DNA of 46,452 nucleotides, taken from assembly GCA_002633005.1 (NCBI GenBank), contig NMRA01000820.1:82934-129385 (forward strand), given 5' to 3'. Positions 12,022 to 23,421 of the stretch are shown piece after piece; the first letter of the stretch is position 1; every line of letters starts with the position of its first letter. The position numbers and the translations under genes were made by a program. The stretch is from Phoronis australis (taxonomy: Eukaryota; Animalia; Phoronida). A model generated the notes under the pieces. That model ran no database searches. It worked only from the letters and a program-made list of their open reading frames with translations, and was not told the origin of the DNA.

Positions 12022-14870
12022 GTATGAATTAATTCCACAAACCTGTTCACAGGGCTTGCTAGACACCAGTATTTTTAACCTATAAGCCTTAGAAACAGTA
12101 TAAAAAGAGACACCATATTGTCAAAATGAGAATATCTCTTGCAAAAAATATAGGCAATGTTATGATTAAAACTTTCTGTAGATTTGTGTAGTCGGTATAA
12201 GGGACCTTATGACATTCAAGTGTTACCTACACACGTTCCCGGTCGATCACCTCTTCGTAATAGTCAATAAGGATGGTTGTTTACCAATGTGACATTAAAC
12301 AATAATTAAAGTCGATGACAATATGCGTAGATAAAAGAGATAATCTATTCAATTGCGTAGTTGTTTATGAAATTTTCAGATAGATCAATGTAACCCAGAG
12401 GTCCATTACGTAAGGTCCGTGAGGAAAACATTAAGGAACTGTAAATAAGCTAGACCAGCTAGGTCGTGACCGCCGGAAAATCTTGACATCATCGTTATCG
12501 CTGCTGATGTTTAAATATTAAAAACTTTTGTTTCCAGTGGCACAAGTCACTTTAAGCTCCTAAGCATTGTTGAGCGCGAGTCGACCCAGCCGCAATTAAA
12601 CTAAGTTTAACCCAATACCTTTCGGGCTGCAGAATTTCGTGTTCCGGTCTTAAATTGCATTTCGTGGTGACTGGAATGTGCGTCGAGTTTTTGACTTTGT
12701 CACCAAGTAGGCCTAATCCATTAGCCCGTTGTATGAGATAGCCATTATCTAGGGCTTTGATAAAAGAACGCTCCCCTGTAGCACAAGAAGGTCGTTTAAA
12801 GGACATGTAAAAGATAATTGGAGATAAAATTCTACGTAACTAGTTTAATCCATGCTAAGATTATCCCAGGCTATGCCCCGGGCATCCGGGCACCTGATTC
12901 CCCTAGCGGGAGTTCTCAACCGGGCTCGTGCACCCGCTCAATAAATCCAGGGGAGAGTTGAATACCCAGTCTTTTAAAGAAGTTTAAATGAAATAAAAAT
13001 TACAAAATACCCATCCGAAATCTAGGAGAGCAAAATACCTCCCCGAGTCATCTTCATGTACGGAACAAATGTATTTATTTGCCTCGGGGATTCTATTCGT
13101 CTCTCGTTGTCAGTAGCGATGAATGAAATTGAGGTTTAAATGTTCTGTCTAAACAGAATAAGTACTCGCTTTGAGGACAAGTTGAAAGACTATAGGAACC
13201 ACCTCATACGACCTTAAATTGTCGCCGAATGCCGGAGCAGGCAAACTATACACGCGCTATTTCGAATTCGCAATTTTATGACTGCTCAACGCCGCTTGCT
13301 GATGGGTTCGATGTTTGTGCTGGGAACGGAAATCAAATCCCACCACAGCAGGGAACATTACGAGTCTGATTGTATGAGCTGAAGTGGCTTCATTCATTTT
13401 TCCTTTCTTTGCATCCGAAGTTAAACCCTGAGGAAAAGCAACTTTAATTTTCTTTCGTTTGGTGAACGGCGAGAAACAGTTATCGAAGATTCTATACTAC
13501 GGGGGTCTAACAGTGTCAAGAAAATACCTTTGGCAAAATGAGCGAAGAGAAGGTGTTACCTACAAAATACAAACTAAAAAACAACTAGGAGAAAATGTGC
13601 GTCGCACCCGGAATGGCTCCTCGCTCGTGCCCTGCGTATAGAGATCACCTGGCGGTACGCAGGGAACCAGCGAGGGAACAGCTCGAGTATTTGAGGCTAC
13701 GATAATGCCAAAGATACTATATTTGACCCATTTCGTCAACTGAGGATTTTCTCACTTGAAAAATGATACAACATGGAAACACGTTTTGTTAATGTACGCG
13801 CCTCTGTGTAAAATTTGTATTTTTACGGACTTTAAACAGGAATTTAAAAGTTGCACTGATGGAATTTTTCGAATACATGTACATGTCTTAAACCTATACC
13901 CGAATAAAGTTTCAACTGTGATTTACAAAATAAGGTTTTAACGAAAAGGACATGAGCTGAGTATCTAGGAGGACAAACCGGTCGTACGTAATCGATAATC
14001 TAGAGACATTTGGAAGTGTAATTCGAATGGATCATTGATTGCATCGATAACAAAATAATTATCAGTAAAGTATCAGTATCACTATATGTAAAATATATTT
14101 TTGTGAATTGATCAATTTACGTTGCACGGGGGAAACCGCAAAATTCTTGACCAGCTGCGAAATTGGCAATTTGACGCCGGCGTTAAAATTTTAAAGTGCA
14201 CGCGTATAATAGGGCACTGGGTCAATTGAAGGTCCACCGATTGAAAGATCAAACCAAGGGGTCAATGAAAAATGACATGGCACTAATCGACAGAGAGGGG
14301 TGTCTTAAGAGTCAACATGCCTTCGCAGATTATATATTTGACATTTGTCCAAGACCAGTTTGCTCGTGACATGAAAAGGCGTTTTGACATGGATATTAAG
14401 AGGAGATATACAAGCTCTGACCCCAGTACCGTTGGCCAAATGGGGGAGTGGTTTCGTACATAAATTATATGCGTATTTACCTTTGTACAGGTATATTGTT
14501 AATTTATGCCATTAACATTTGGTTTGCTCCGTTGAGAATTAATGCTTGAATAATTTATCCATAATATAATTCTAATTATTTGTTTTGTTTAAGGGTGCCA
14601 AGTGATGCTGAGAACATGGGTGCAAATCAAAGGTGCTCATCCTTGGAACTCTCTTCGTTAGAAAAAGAGAGAATTTTGCTCATTCAGTGTTTCATTACAT
14701 TTAGCTCTGTGTAAACTAAAGTTGTCTTCTCGACCTTTCGATGCTGTAATGTAAATAATAAAATTCAAATATGAAAAGTTCTAGACAAATAATGTTTTTA
14801 GATCGGAAACAATGCAAGTTTATAGTGGGAACTTTTTTTAACAAGTGCGCACAGGTTTACAGAATCTTTA

Positions 14871-15017
14871 CAGTGGCGGATTTAGAGGGAGGCCAAGGGG
14901 GCCATGCACCCCAGATTCGATTTGGCAGTTCGGGGGTGCAAATGTCTGACGGGCAAAATCCTGGCTAATACTGCCCTGCCCCCCCTCCCTTAACTCAGAA
15001 TCCTGGATCCGCCCCTG
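14871..15017 (+). mobile_element. hAT-like MITE, copy 2
   Basis: TIRs CAGTGGCGGATT...GGATCCGCCCCTG; shares the GGGCAAAATCC.GGCTAATACT core with 5560-5715. Confidence 0.78.
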
Positions 15018-16170
15018 CTCTACCCTGTCCGCAAATATTGAGACACATCTCCTGCGAGAGATATATTTTTGTGCGAGGACATGTCAGGAAGCGATCACAA
15101 AGATAATTAGTAACAAATTTGACCACTTGATAATTAATTTATCCCGTCAAGAATTAATTAGATATTTCTCCATATAAATAACAGAAAGTAGTCGGAAGAT
15201 TTGATATTCCCGAACCGCCCATTTAGTTTTACTCCTGCTATGAATAAAAGAAATCTTGATTTTACTTCTTAATTTGGCACAAAATAGCTAAGACAGTATT
15301 GCTTTCAATATATTCGCGAACACAGTTTACTCTGAATTTGACCTGAGCAGGAAAAACCTTTCCAGGGTCTTGCAGTTAGCGTTTTAACAGCAAAATCATC
15401 TGCCGTAATCTTTTCAAAAGTGCGTGGTTTGGTTGTCTTCCAACCTTACGTAAATTAGACAACAGGGCGTTGATAAATTAGTGTGCGGTAAGATAACATC
15501 CAGGACCGGGACTAAGTTGATGAACGGGGACTTCCTCAGCGATAAAATAATTGAGGGGGGGGGGTGTAAAAACGGCGTCCCCATGCCCTTTTTACAGGGA
15601 CTACGTGAACATTTTTTTCCTCCGCCAGTGCGCTCGAAGGTGTTTGGATATAAGGCAGTCTGTTTGTGGTTATTCAGTCTGCACTAGCCTGGTTTGATAG
15701 TTTGAAAAAAATACTTTATTTTTGCCAATTCCTGGCCCCTGCAGCGTCATTTAATGAAAGTTTGAAATTTTATTTGAAAATATAACGATCATTACTATGG
15801 AGTATCTGGTCGCAGAAACAATCGTTTCATTTTGTCCATCGGATAGCTGCGTGTAAATGTCACAGTGATAACGTGCTTTCTGAAAAATGTCCGAGGATTC
15901 CACCGGCCCGGATGCCGTGGCTCATGTGATATTACGTAATAGAGTTAGCCGTGCATGAGCAGCTTTTGCTTACTAGTGTTGTCATGGAGACGACACTGAC
16001 TGTAGCAGAGGGTGAATAAAACTTCCTACAATGTGTTATAGTGTTATGTTTGGAAATAGGCGAATAGTAACCATAAGTTCCTTTTGAGATATGGATTTAG
16101 AAACATAGAACTAAATGATTCGCTGTGAAACCCAGGCACATTCCCAAGAAGTCGAAGTGTTGACTCCCCT

Positions 16171-16243
16171 CATTGGCTAAACACAATCGTACGAGAGAAC
16201 TCGCCTGATGCTTTGGTGCTCAGAATACAGCACTTGCGATTGG
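16171..16243 (+). promoter_or_regulatory. HMGCS1: Putative HMGCS1 promoter: two inverted CCAAT boxes flanking two SRE-like 10-mers
   Basis: ATTGG at 16172 and 16239; ATCGTACGAG at 16186-16195; CTCGCCTGAT at 16200-16209 (reverse complement ATCAGGCGAG). CpG-rich and just upstream of a strong splice donor. Confidence 0.55.
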
Positions 16244-16264
16244 TTGAAAGTTCGAACGCATGCG

Positions 16265-16363
16265 TTAGTGCCAGTTTCCTGTGTGGGGTCGGCGTGAATT
16301 TTAACGCAGATTCTTGTGATTTTGTTCCGTTTTACATTGTAGTTTGTATTTGCTTTCAGTTTG
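16265..16363 (+). other. HMGCS1: Putative non-coding exon 1 of HMGCS1 (start approximate)
   Basis: Donor TTG|GTGAGT at 16364 downstream of the CCAAT module. The first coding exon has an acceptor only 15 nt before the ATG, so an upstream UTR exon is required. A second possible donor TAG|GTAAAT lies at 16533. Confidence 0.5.
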
Positions 16364-16848
16364 GTGAGTATTTGCTCATGTGTCTTTTATAGTCACGCAA
16401 TTTGAATTTAGCTATTTGACTTTACCTTCAAGATTAGCGACAGTTCTTCGACGTCGCTGCAGAACACGCGATTTGTTTACCTCGCCACGCCAGGTCAGAA
16501 TGTAAACAGTCAGCAGTCACTGAAGAGCTTAGGTAAATTCATGGGGACTGTTTTCTGTATTTCTGTATTTAATGGCATACTTTTTGAGAAGAAATTTCTA
16601 CCCACATTCTTCAAGTCAAAATTATGCTCTCAGCCAGAAGCTGTGTGTTGATTACAGATCAGGCAGGTTCCCTTGCCTTGGCCTTGGGCCTTGTCTAGAA
16701 CCTCCCCTCTCGTCAGTGACCACCGTCTCCACTGGCCTTAGAGACGGTGAAGCTGCTATAGGTGTTATTTATGCCAGAAAATTTTCAGCGAATTTTGCAA
16801 TTACTTCTCCCTGAATGCTGCAGCCATACAGGGACAATAGTAGGCAAT

Positions 16849-16897
16849 TACGGCGTTTTCTCTATTAATTGTACGAATTAATAGAGAAAACACCGTA
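16849..16897. repeat. Near-perfect 22-bp inverted repeat (tiny TA-flanked MITE-like hairpin)
   Basis: TACGGCGTTTTCTCTATTAATT-GTACG-AATTAATAGAGAAAACACCGTA, one mismatch. Confidence 0.85.
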
Positions 16898-17545
16898 CAT
16901 CACCCTGGATGCCGCAAAATACAGGAAGTAAAATCTAATGAAACATTCATATATGCACATGGAACTATAATTAACTCGTACCAAAAGTCTGGATGGAGAT
17001 GATCCAATCAAGATAATTTGAACTAATCAATGAAAATCTGTCGCGGTTTGCTCGAATTTCTCTTAAGCTACGTGAAATCATGCATGTTGACGAGTAAAAA
17101 GTCCAAGGGACACAAATCTTACAACTTCCACCTGATACCTTCCCATGCTATTTTACAAATGTCACGCGCTTCGCTCAGTGTCGCGCTAGCCTTTGCCTAA
17201 CTCACGTGACTCGGGTGAAATACTTTGTGGTTATCGCGCGTGTAGTGAAAAAGTTAATGGTGACCAAAAAAGTAGAGTTGGAATTCTTCTCCAAAGTCAC
17301 CTCAATTCTCGTAATTAAGCTTCATCGAAGATGTGTATAGAAGTAGAAAGGACCAGTGAAGAAAGTAAACACCCTTTTAAATGATAGTTTTAAGTGTGGA
17401 ATGTATTTTTGACGAGGTGGAAACTCAGAATCGGTGGCGGGATTAGGTCTACGGTCCGTTGAAAATACATGGAACGAAATGCGTACAGAAAGCGATGGAA
17501 ATAATGTAGCCCGTAACCGGCCAACCGAGGGGCTACGTGTTGCCT

Positions 17546-18144
17546 AGGACGATAGTAGGCAGGGACCACCATCCTACTGGCACTGACGGCTAAGACGGAG
17601 GAGCTTCTATAGGTGCTTCATACGCCGGAAGATTTTTGGCGAATTATGCCTTGCATTGACTAAAACATCAAAGTCACATTGTTATTAATACCTTTTGCTC
17701 ACAAAGGTATACATTAGGAGGCCGTTGATGTATGTAATTCCTTACATCTCGAACAAATACTCCCGTTATGAAACTTTTTCTTTGTGCAGTCCCTCGTTCA
17801 GTTCCCAAAACTCACCATTTTTTAACTGCGTGCCAGGTGGTATGACGTCATATCCCCTGGCGCATGCAGTGTTAAAAATGGTCAGTTGCCAAATCAGCGA
17901 CTGAATGAAGGACTGCTTGTAAAACAGTTTGATTATGGGAGTATTTGTTTGAGTTGGAAGAAATTAAAGACATCGACAGCCTCCTAAGATGTCCAATGCA
18001 CAAGCGGTACTTGAGCAAGACTTTGATGTTTTAATCAGTGTTAAGCATAATTTGCCAAATAGCTTCCACTGTATGAAATGCCTGTATCAACTTCACCATC
18101 TCTAAAGCCAGTAGGGAGGGTGGTCACTGCCTACCCCTCGTCCT
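17546..18144. mobile_element. ~600-bp imperfect palindrome (foldback/palindromic MITE)
   Basis: The left arm (AGGACGA..GTAGGCAGGGACCACCATCCTACTGGC...AAAACATCAAAGTC...TTAGGAGGC...AACAAATACTCCC) matches the reverse complement of the right arm collinearly. The centre is TATGACGTCATA at 17841-17852. Confidence 0.8.
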
Positions 18145-19066
18145 CACCCTTTTCTGTTAGCCTCGGGTGGGGTGTCCTAGTTACCACCATACAGGAGTGT
18201 AGACAGTACCACTGTCTGAGCTGTGCCGTCAATGGTGGCCATACACTGCCTTTCTCATAAGGCGGCCATAAAATATCCTATTCGGCTAATTATGCCTCAC
18301 TTTGACTAAACCATCAGAGTGATGTTGCTGTAAACTGTGCCTGTTATTCAGTGAGAGTAACTGGTTCTCAAGTCACTTTTAAATCAGAAATACACCTGTC
18401 TAATTATTACTTTTGTTCCCACCAGCCAATTTGATAAGGGTCCCATGTGACTTTTACTGCGAATTCTAGCAGATCACCAGTGTTGTGGGTCAGTAATTGG
18501 ACCATTCTCATAGTCATGGTGGTTCAGTAACCTTGATGCAATTAAAAATTCACATACTGTAGACATGTGGATTGTGAAGTGGTGTAATAAAGAATTGCTC
18601 AGTTCACAATTTCATGAGATGAATCGGAGGAGTGTTCAGAACTTAATTGTTGATTGCTGGAGTGTTGTTTAGAGTTTGAAGGATTTGAAGGTTCCAGTTG
18701 GTTCCAAAGGTGTCCTTCGGTACGTGAAAGGTACATTCCACCTGTAGAAAGGTCATTTGAAGTTATTGATATGCACCTCAAATCTAGATCTTTTAGTGAG
18801 TTAGTATTATTGTTGCATACTAAGCAATGGTCGTATGTTTCAAGGTGACACCTACAGGTGTCTCTCATTCCCAGGTTTTCACCAAGAGGGGTTCCAGTTT
18901 TGAGGTACATTAAAAGTGCAGGTCTTAGTCGCATTATGCCACAGTTGTGTTCCATTTACCTCCTATCAGTTCAAAGGTCATCTATAGTTAATTTGATTCT
19001 GAACTTTCCATCGGATCTAAACCATCAAGCCTTTCTTTTGGCTAGTATTCTGAGAAACATTTTTCT

Positions 19067-20468
19067 GGGTGAGAAACAACATGACCGCCGGTCCTCTTAA
19101 ATCAGACCCTCTCGCCCAAAACAGGACCTCCGGGGATCAAATGGGACCGCTGCACCAGAAAATGGGACTGACGCACCTAAAAACATGACTGCCCCACCAG
19201 AAAACAGGTACGCCGGGGACTGAACATGACTGCCTGGGATTGAAACCGCAATGACAAACAAGCTAAGATTTATTACCGGTAGGCCTACACAGATAATACA
19301 ATGGAACTATATACGTATGCATATGCAGGTCTTGTGCCGATTAATGCAACGAAATCTTTTGTGCGCTACAGGACACTTCGCTTTGTAACACGTGACGCTT
19401 TTGAGTCTTTACCACAAACCAACCACGCTGAACACATTTGAGCTAAATAATTATAACTTCATCCACTGGGTAGGTTTTAGAACAAAATGAAAATCGTTTT
19501 CTCCAATTTGACTTTTTTGTCAAGAAAAAAAGTGAGCGTTCTGGTTCTCTGGTGAAGCATCATTACTAGCCTTTGTGCAGCAAAGCAGTATACTAAATAA
19601 ACAGCTTGTCGCCGATGTGGGTAAAACACTGAACATATAAAATCTTCACCGAATTAGTGTTATTAATGACAACTCTTCTTTGAGTAAACTAAATTATTTA
19701 TCGGCGCTCGCCGGGAAAAATTGTCGTTATTCTGCTGCTAAAGTTAGGTCAGCTGACATTGACCAGTTCCTTTTTTCATCGATTCTTCAGTCGGCTCTTC
19801 TTCTCTTCTATGAAGTTGCGTACATAGCACAACAAGTTATTGGAATAGGTTTCATTTCGTCATGAGTTTTTAGTATTTTAAAACCAGCGTGCTGCTGCGA
19901 AGTTGAGTCATCATCTTCCGAAAGATGTCACAAAATTTTTGGAAATGGCGCGTGCTCATGTCACGAGTGTGACAGACTTTTTTGTTACAATAGGCAAAAA
20001 AATGACGTTCATTAGATTGTTTTTCACTCAAGCAGCTGCAACCCGCTGCAAGGTGAATGATGATTGACTCCTAGATTTTTCATGCGCCTGTTCAGCTCGC
20101 TAGCTCTACATGTTGATAAAAGTTTCACCACCTGGTGACGAGCAGAACTATACCCGGGCTGTGGGAAATTTCAGGGATGTAACGTAGCTCAATAACGCAG
20201 TGCTACCAAGCTTTATTTTGGCGAGTCTTTACACTGCTATCTGATCGGTTATGTCATAACTCGCAGTATCATGCAAAGGCCTTGATAACTATATTTTGTC
20301 CGGCGGTCATGTTCAGTCCCCGGCGGCCCTGTTTTGTGGTGGGGCGGTCATGTTTTTAGGTGTGTCAGTCCCATTTTCTGGTGCGTCTGTCTCATTTGAT
20401 CCCCGGAGGTCCTGTTTTGGGTGAGTCAGTCCGATTTAGAGGACCGGCGGTCATGTTGTTTCCCACCC
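19067..20468. mobile_element. Non-autonomous long-TIR DNA transposon (Mutator/Foldback-like), 1.4 kb
   Basis: ~170-bp TIRs (GGGTGAGAAACAACATGACCGCCGGTCCTC... / ...GAGGACCGGCGGTCATGTTGTTTCCCACCC) built of 20-21-bp subrepeats. Possible decayed 9-bp TSD (ACATTTTTC / TGATTTTGC). No transposase ORF. Confidence 0.85.
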
Positions 20469-22982
20469 GTGATTTTGCCAAGTTATAGGTTGAAACTATA
20501 TAGTATAGCCTAAGAAGAGATTCTAGTTCAATACACAGAAACCTCCATGTATGCATGTGGTGTTAATATATGATTATGAGTGCTGGCTAGTACAGGGTTT
20601 AGGTGCTCTCTGCAACATCAGGGTATGAGGTTTCAAGTCACCAGCACTAGCACTTAGGGTGAAAATCAATTCCTGGATAGGATAGTGAATATATTGTATA
20701 AGTACTCTGTGATGTGCCTATACAAACGGACTGAGGAGGGGGGTGTAGCTGAAGAACTACATGGCAGACTTGAAAAAAGGCCATATTTTGAGGTAGCTTC
20801 CATGAAAGAATAGCCCTTTTTTCGGGTATTATTTCATTAGCTCTACCCATTTAGGGTTTAATTCTATAAACCTTTGCCTTTTCTTAGAAATCCTTGGAAG
20901 CGGGATTTTTCTACCCAAACAGTACCAGAACTTCCGAAAGAGATGTTTCTCTTGGCAACAAAAGTTTTATGTTTGTAATGATATTAAAAATTCTGTAGAT
21001 TTGTGTATTTGGAAAGAGGAAGATTTTTAGAGTCGAAACTCCAGTTTAGCTCAGATTTTTACAAGTTGCCACCTGCTTTCAGTCGTCGATGGCGTCAAAT
21101 CGAAAGCGGTCCTGCTTGAACAACAGTTGGGCTTTAGACCTCTCCAGTACAAAGTGTGGTAGATATTCTGACACTTGTGATAGTGTTAAGCACAATGGGA
21201 CCTGTGAGGTACTGTCATTACTGTTGTAAACTTTCCTATAGCTCTCTCAAAGATTAAGGCATAGTGTGAAGACTATGACCAAAGTTCATTTTTGCTTGCT
21301 GATTTTGGCATGACACCCCTGTGTGAAATGTGATGATTGGTGTGGGACTGTTTGGGCAAACAGGCCTTTTATTATTTTGCTGTTCAAGTTGAGTTGAAGT
21401 CTTGAGTTTCTTGTAATCTTCCATTCATGCTTGCAAGTATACAATCCAGGGGCTATTTTATCAAGGTCATCTGTCCAGTTGTATAACAGCATATGCATCT
21501 CTGTAGCACATACCATTAGTTTGCTCTGTGATTCATGAAGACTGAAAATTTTGGCCACAGACCAAATTTACAAGTAACCTAAGTTTCTCAGTGTTGTTAT
21601 GATAAAATCACATCTTCAATTGCCTTTGCACTAATATCTGTCTACCACTGCACTGGACATATGAGATTTGGTAAAACCGCCTATGATTTCTTCAATTTTA
21701 TTTTTCACCTCCTGGTCTTTTGTGTGAATGATTTTGTGAAAGCCATGTAAAAGTGTAGTGTTACTGTGTTGTAAAGTAGTGCAACAGCTGTTCTTGAGGT
21801 ATGTTGCTTACATACTAGAGTTTGGAGTAAGAGTGAGAGGTCAGAGGTCAGAGGTCGTGAACCCTGACACTTGTTACCCTAATTTATGGTAGTCAGCCCT
21901 GAATGTGTCCAGGGGAGCTGGAAATATATTTAATCCTTCTTCACTTGCCTAAAAAGTGGTGGAGGACATTCTTGAATGTTGTGGGCACAAATGTTGCTAG
22001 GCAACAAAGTGAAGTTATTATATGGAATGGAAATCCACATTATGTAAATGATTTGTCATCACCCTTTTCAAGTAGACTTGAACAAGGTCGGGTGCATTCC
22101 ACATGAATATTCATCCAAATCAATGCTGTAGTGGTCAGCATGTTTTAATTATCCAAGGTCCCCCCATAGTTCAGTTCCCTGTGAAAATATTTCAGAAATA
22201 GAATTGATTTGTTGCTTGCAGTTGCTATGTGTAGTTGTTCGTGGTATTCAGATTCATTGCAAAATAGTCATTTGCTCTGTTCCATGTGCTCCACATATTA
22301 CCATTGGATGATTTATGTCACTTGGGCTCATGTGGATGACTCATAGCCAACTATGCGATTCAGTCCACATGAACAGTGAATTGGTATTCTATGATATAAC
22401 CATGTGCGTTGCCATTCATGATAACACTTTAAAAAAGCATGTTCCCTATATTTTTCGTGGTGAAAATCAGTGAAATTTCAAAGCTAAAATTTCTGAATAA
22501 TTTCAAACAAATAACTTATTTTCATTTGGTTGCTTTTTGGGTTCACGATTTAACTTCAACAAAGTCATGCAAATGAATTTTGTTGAAATGTGTCAATTTT
22601 TTGAGAACTACTGCTGCAAGCAAAGGGTGTACAATTAACTCCATTCTGTCCCTCATGCTGTATAAGGTTGATTGTGTCTGGCCTGAAGTTTGTTGATGAA
22701 TTAATGACAAAATTGTTAATTTGAAAATCAGCTCATTGTGGTGCAAACTTGGCTTTTCTTCTGGAGCAATAGCAAACAGCTTCATTTGAGATGTTGCCCT
22801 TGCAGTTATTTTGTATTTCCTAGATTTGTTTTCAAAACAGTATCTTAATGAAAGCTAAGTTAACTAACTCTGCTCGTTTGTACCTGTGTTAGATTTCAGT
22901 TGAAAAGCAAACTTAATAAAGTCATTAATATGAGCATGAATATTAATGTGAATATATTTTCTCTCAGGATCTTGCTGCCAAA

Positions 22983-23421
22983 ATGCCTGGACCACAATCT
23001 ACAACTGCATGGCCACAGAATGTGGGTATCGTCGCCATGGAGATATATTTCCCGTCACAGTTCGTGGACCAAACAGAGCTGGAGGCATTTGACGGTGTCT
23101 CAGCCGGCAAGTACACCATAGGACTGGGTCAGTCCAAGATGGGCTTTTGTTCTGATCGGGAGGACATCAACTCGCTCTGTTTGACCACTGTCCAGAGATT
23201 GGTGGAAAAGTACAGTATTTCCTACACAGACATTGGCCGGCTGGAGGTCGGCACGGAGACGGTGATTGACAAGTCAAAGAGCGTAAAGACTGTGTTGATG
23301 CAGCTGTTTGAAAGCGAGGGCAACACGAATGTGGAGGGTATCGACACGACCAATGCTTGCTATGGTGGTACTCAGGCCCTATTCAATGCCATTCACTGGG
23401 TGGAGTCCAGCTACTGGGACG
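22983..23421 (+). CDS. HMGCS1: HMGCS1 coding exon 1
   Basis: Acceptor TTTTCTCTCAG ending at 22967, ATG at 22983, [16 protein letters not shown]...[23 protein letters not shown], donor G|GTATGT. Confidence 0.97.

Noticed and set aside
11878-12066. ORF with KRVMC repeats
   Set aside because: It is the translation of an 18-bp minisatellite.
18599-19100. 118-aa and overlapping ORFs in HMGCS1 intron 1
   Set aside because: No recognisable domain, splice context or codon bias; consistent with chance ORFs.
22900-22982. Mitochondrial targeting extension (HMGCS2-type)
   Set aside because: The splice acceptor lies 15 nt before the ATG, no upstream coding exon is evident, and the MPG start matches the cytosolic type.
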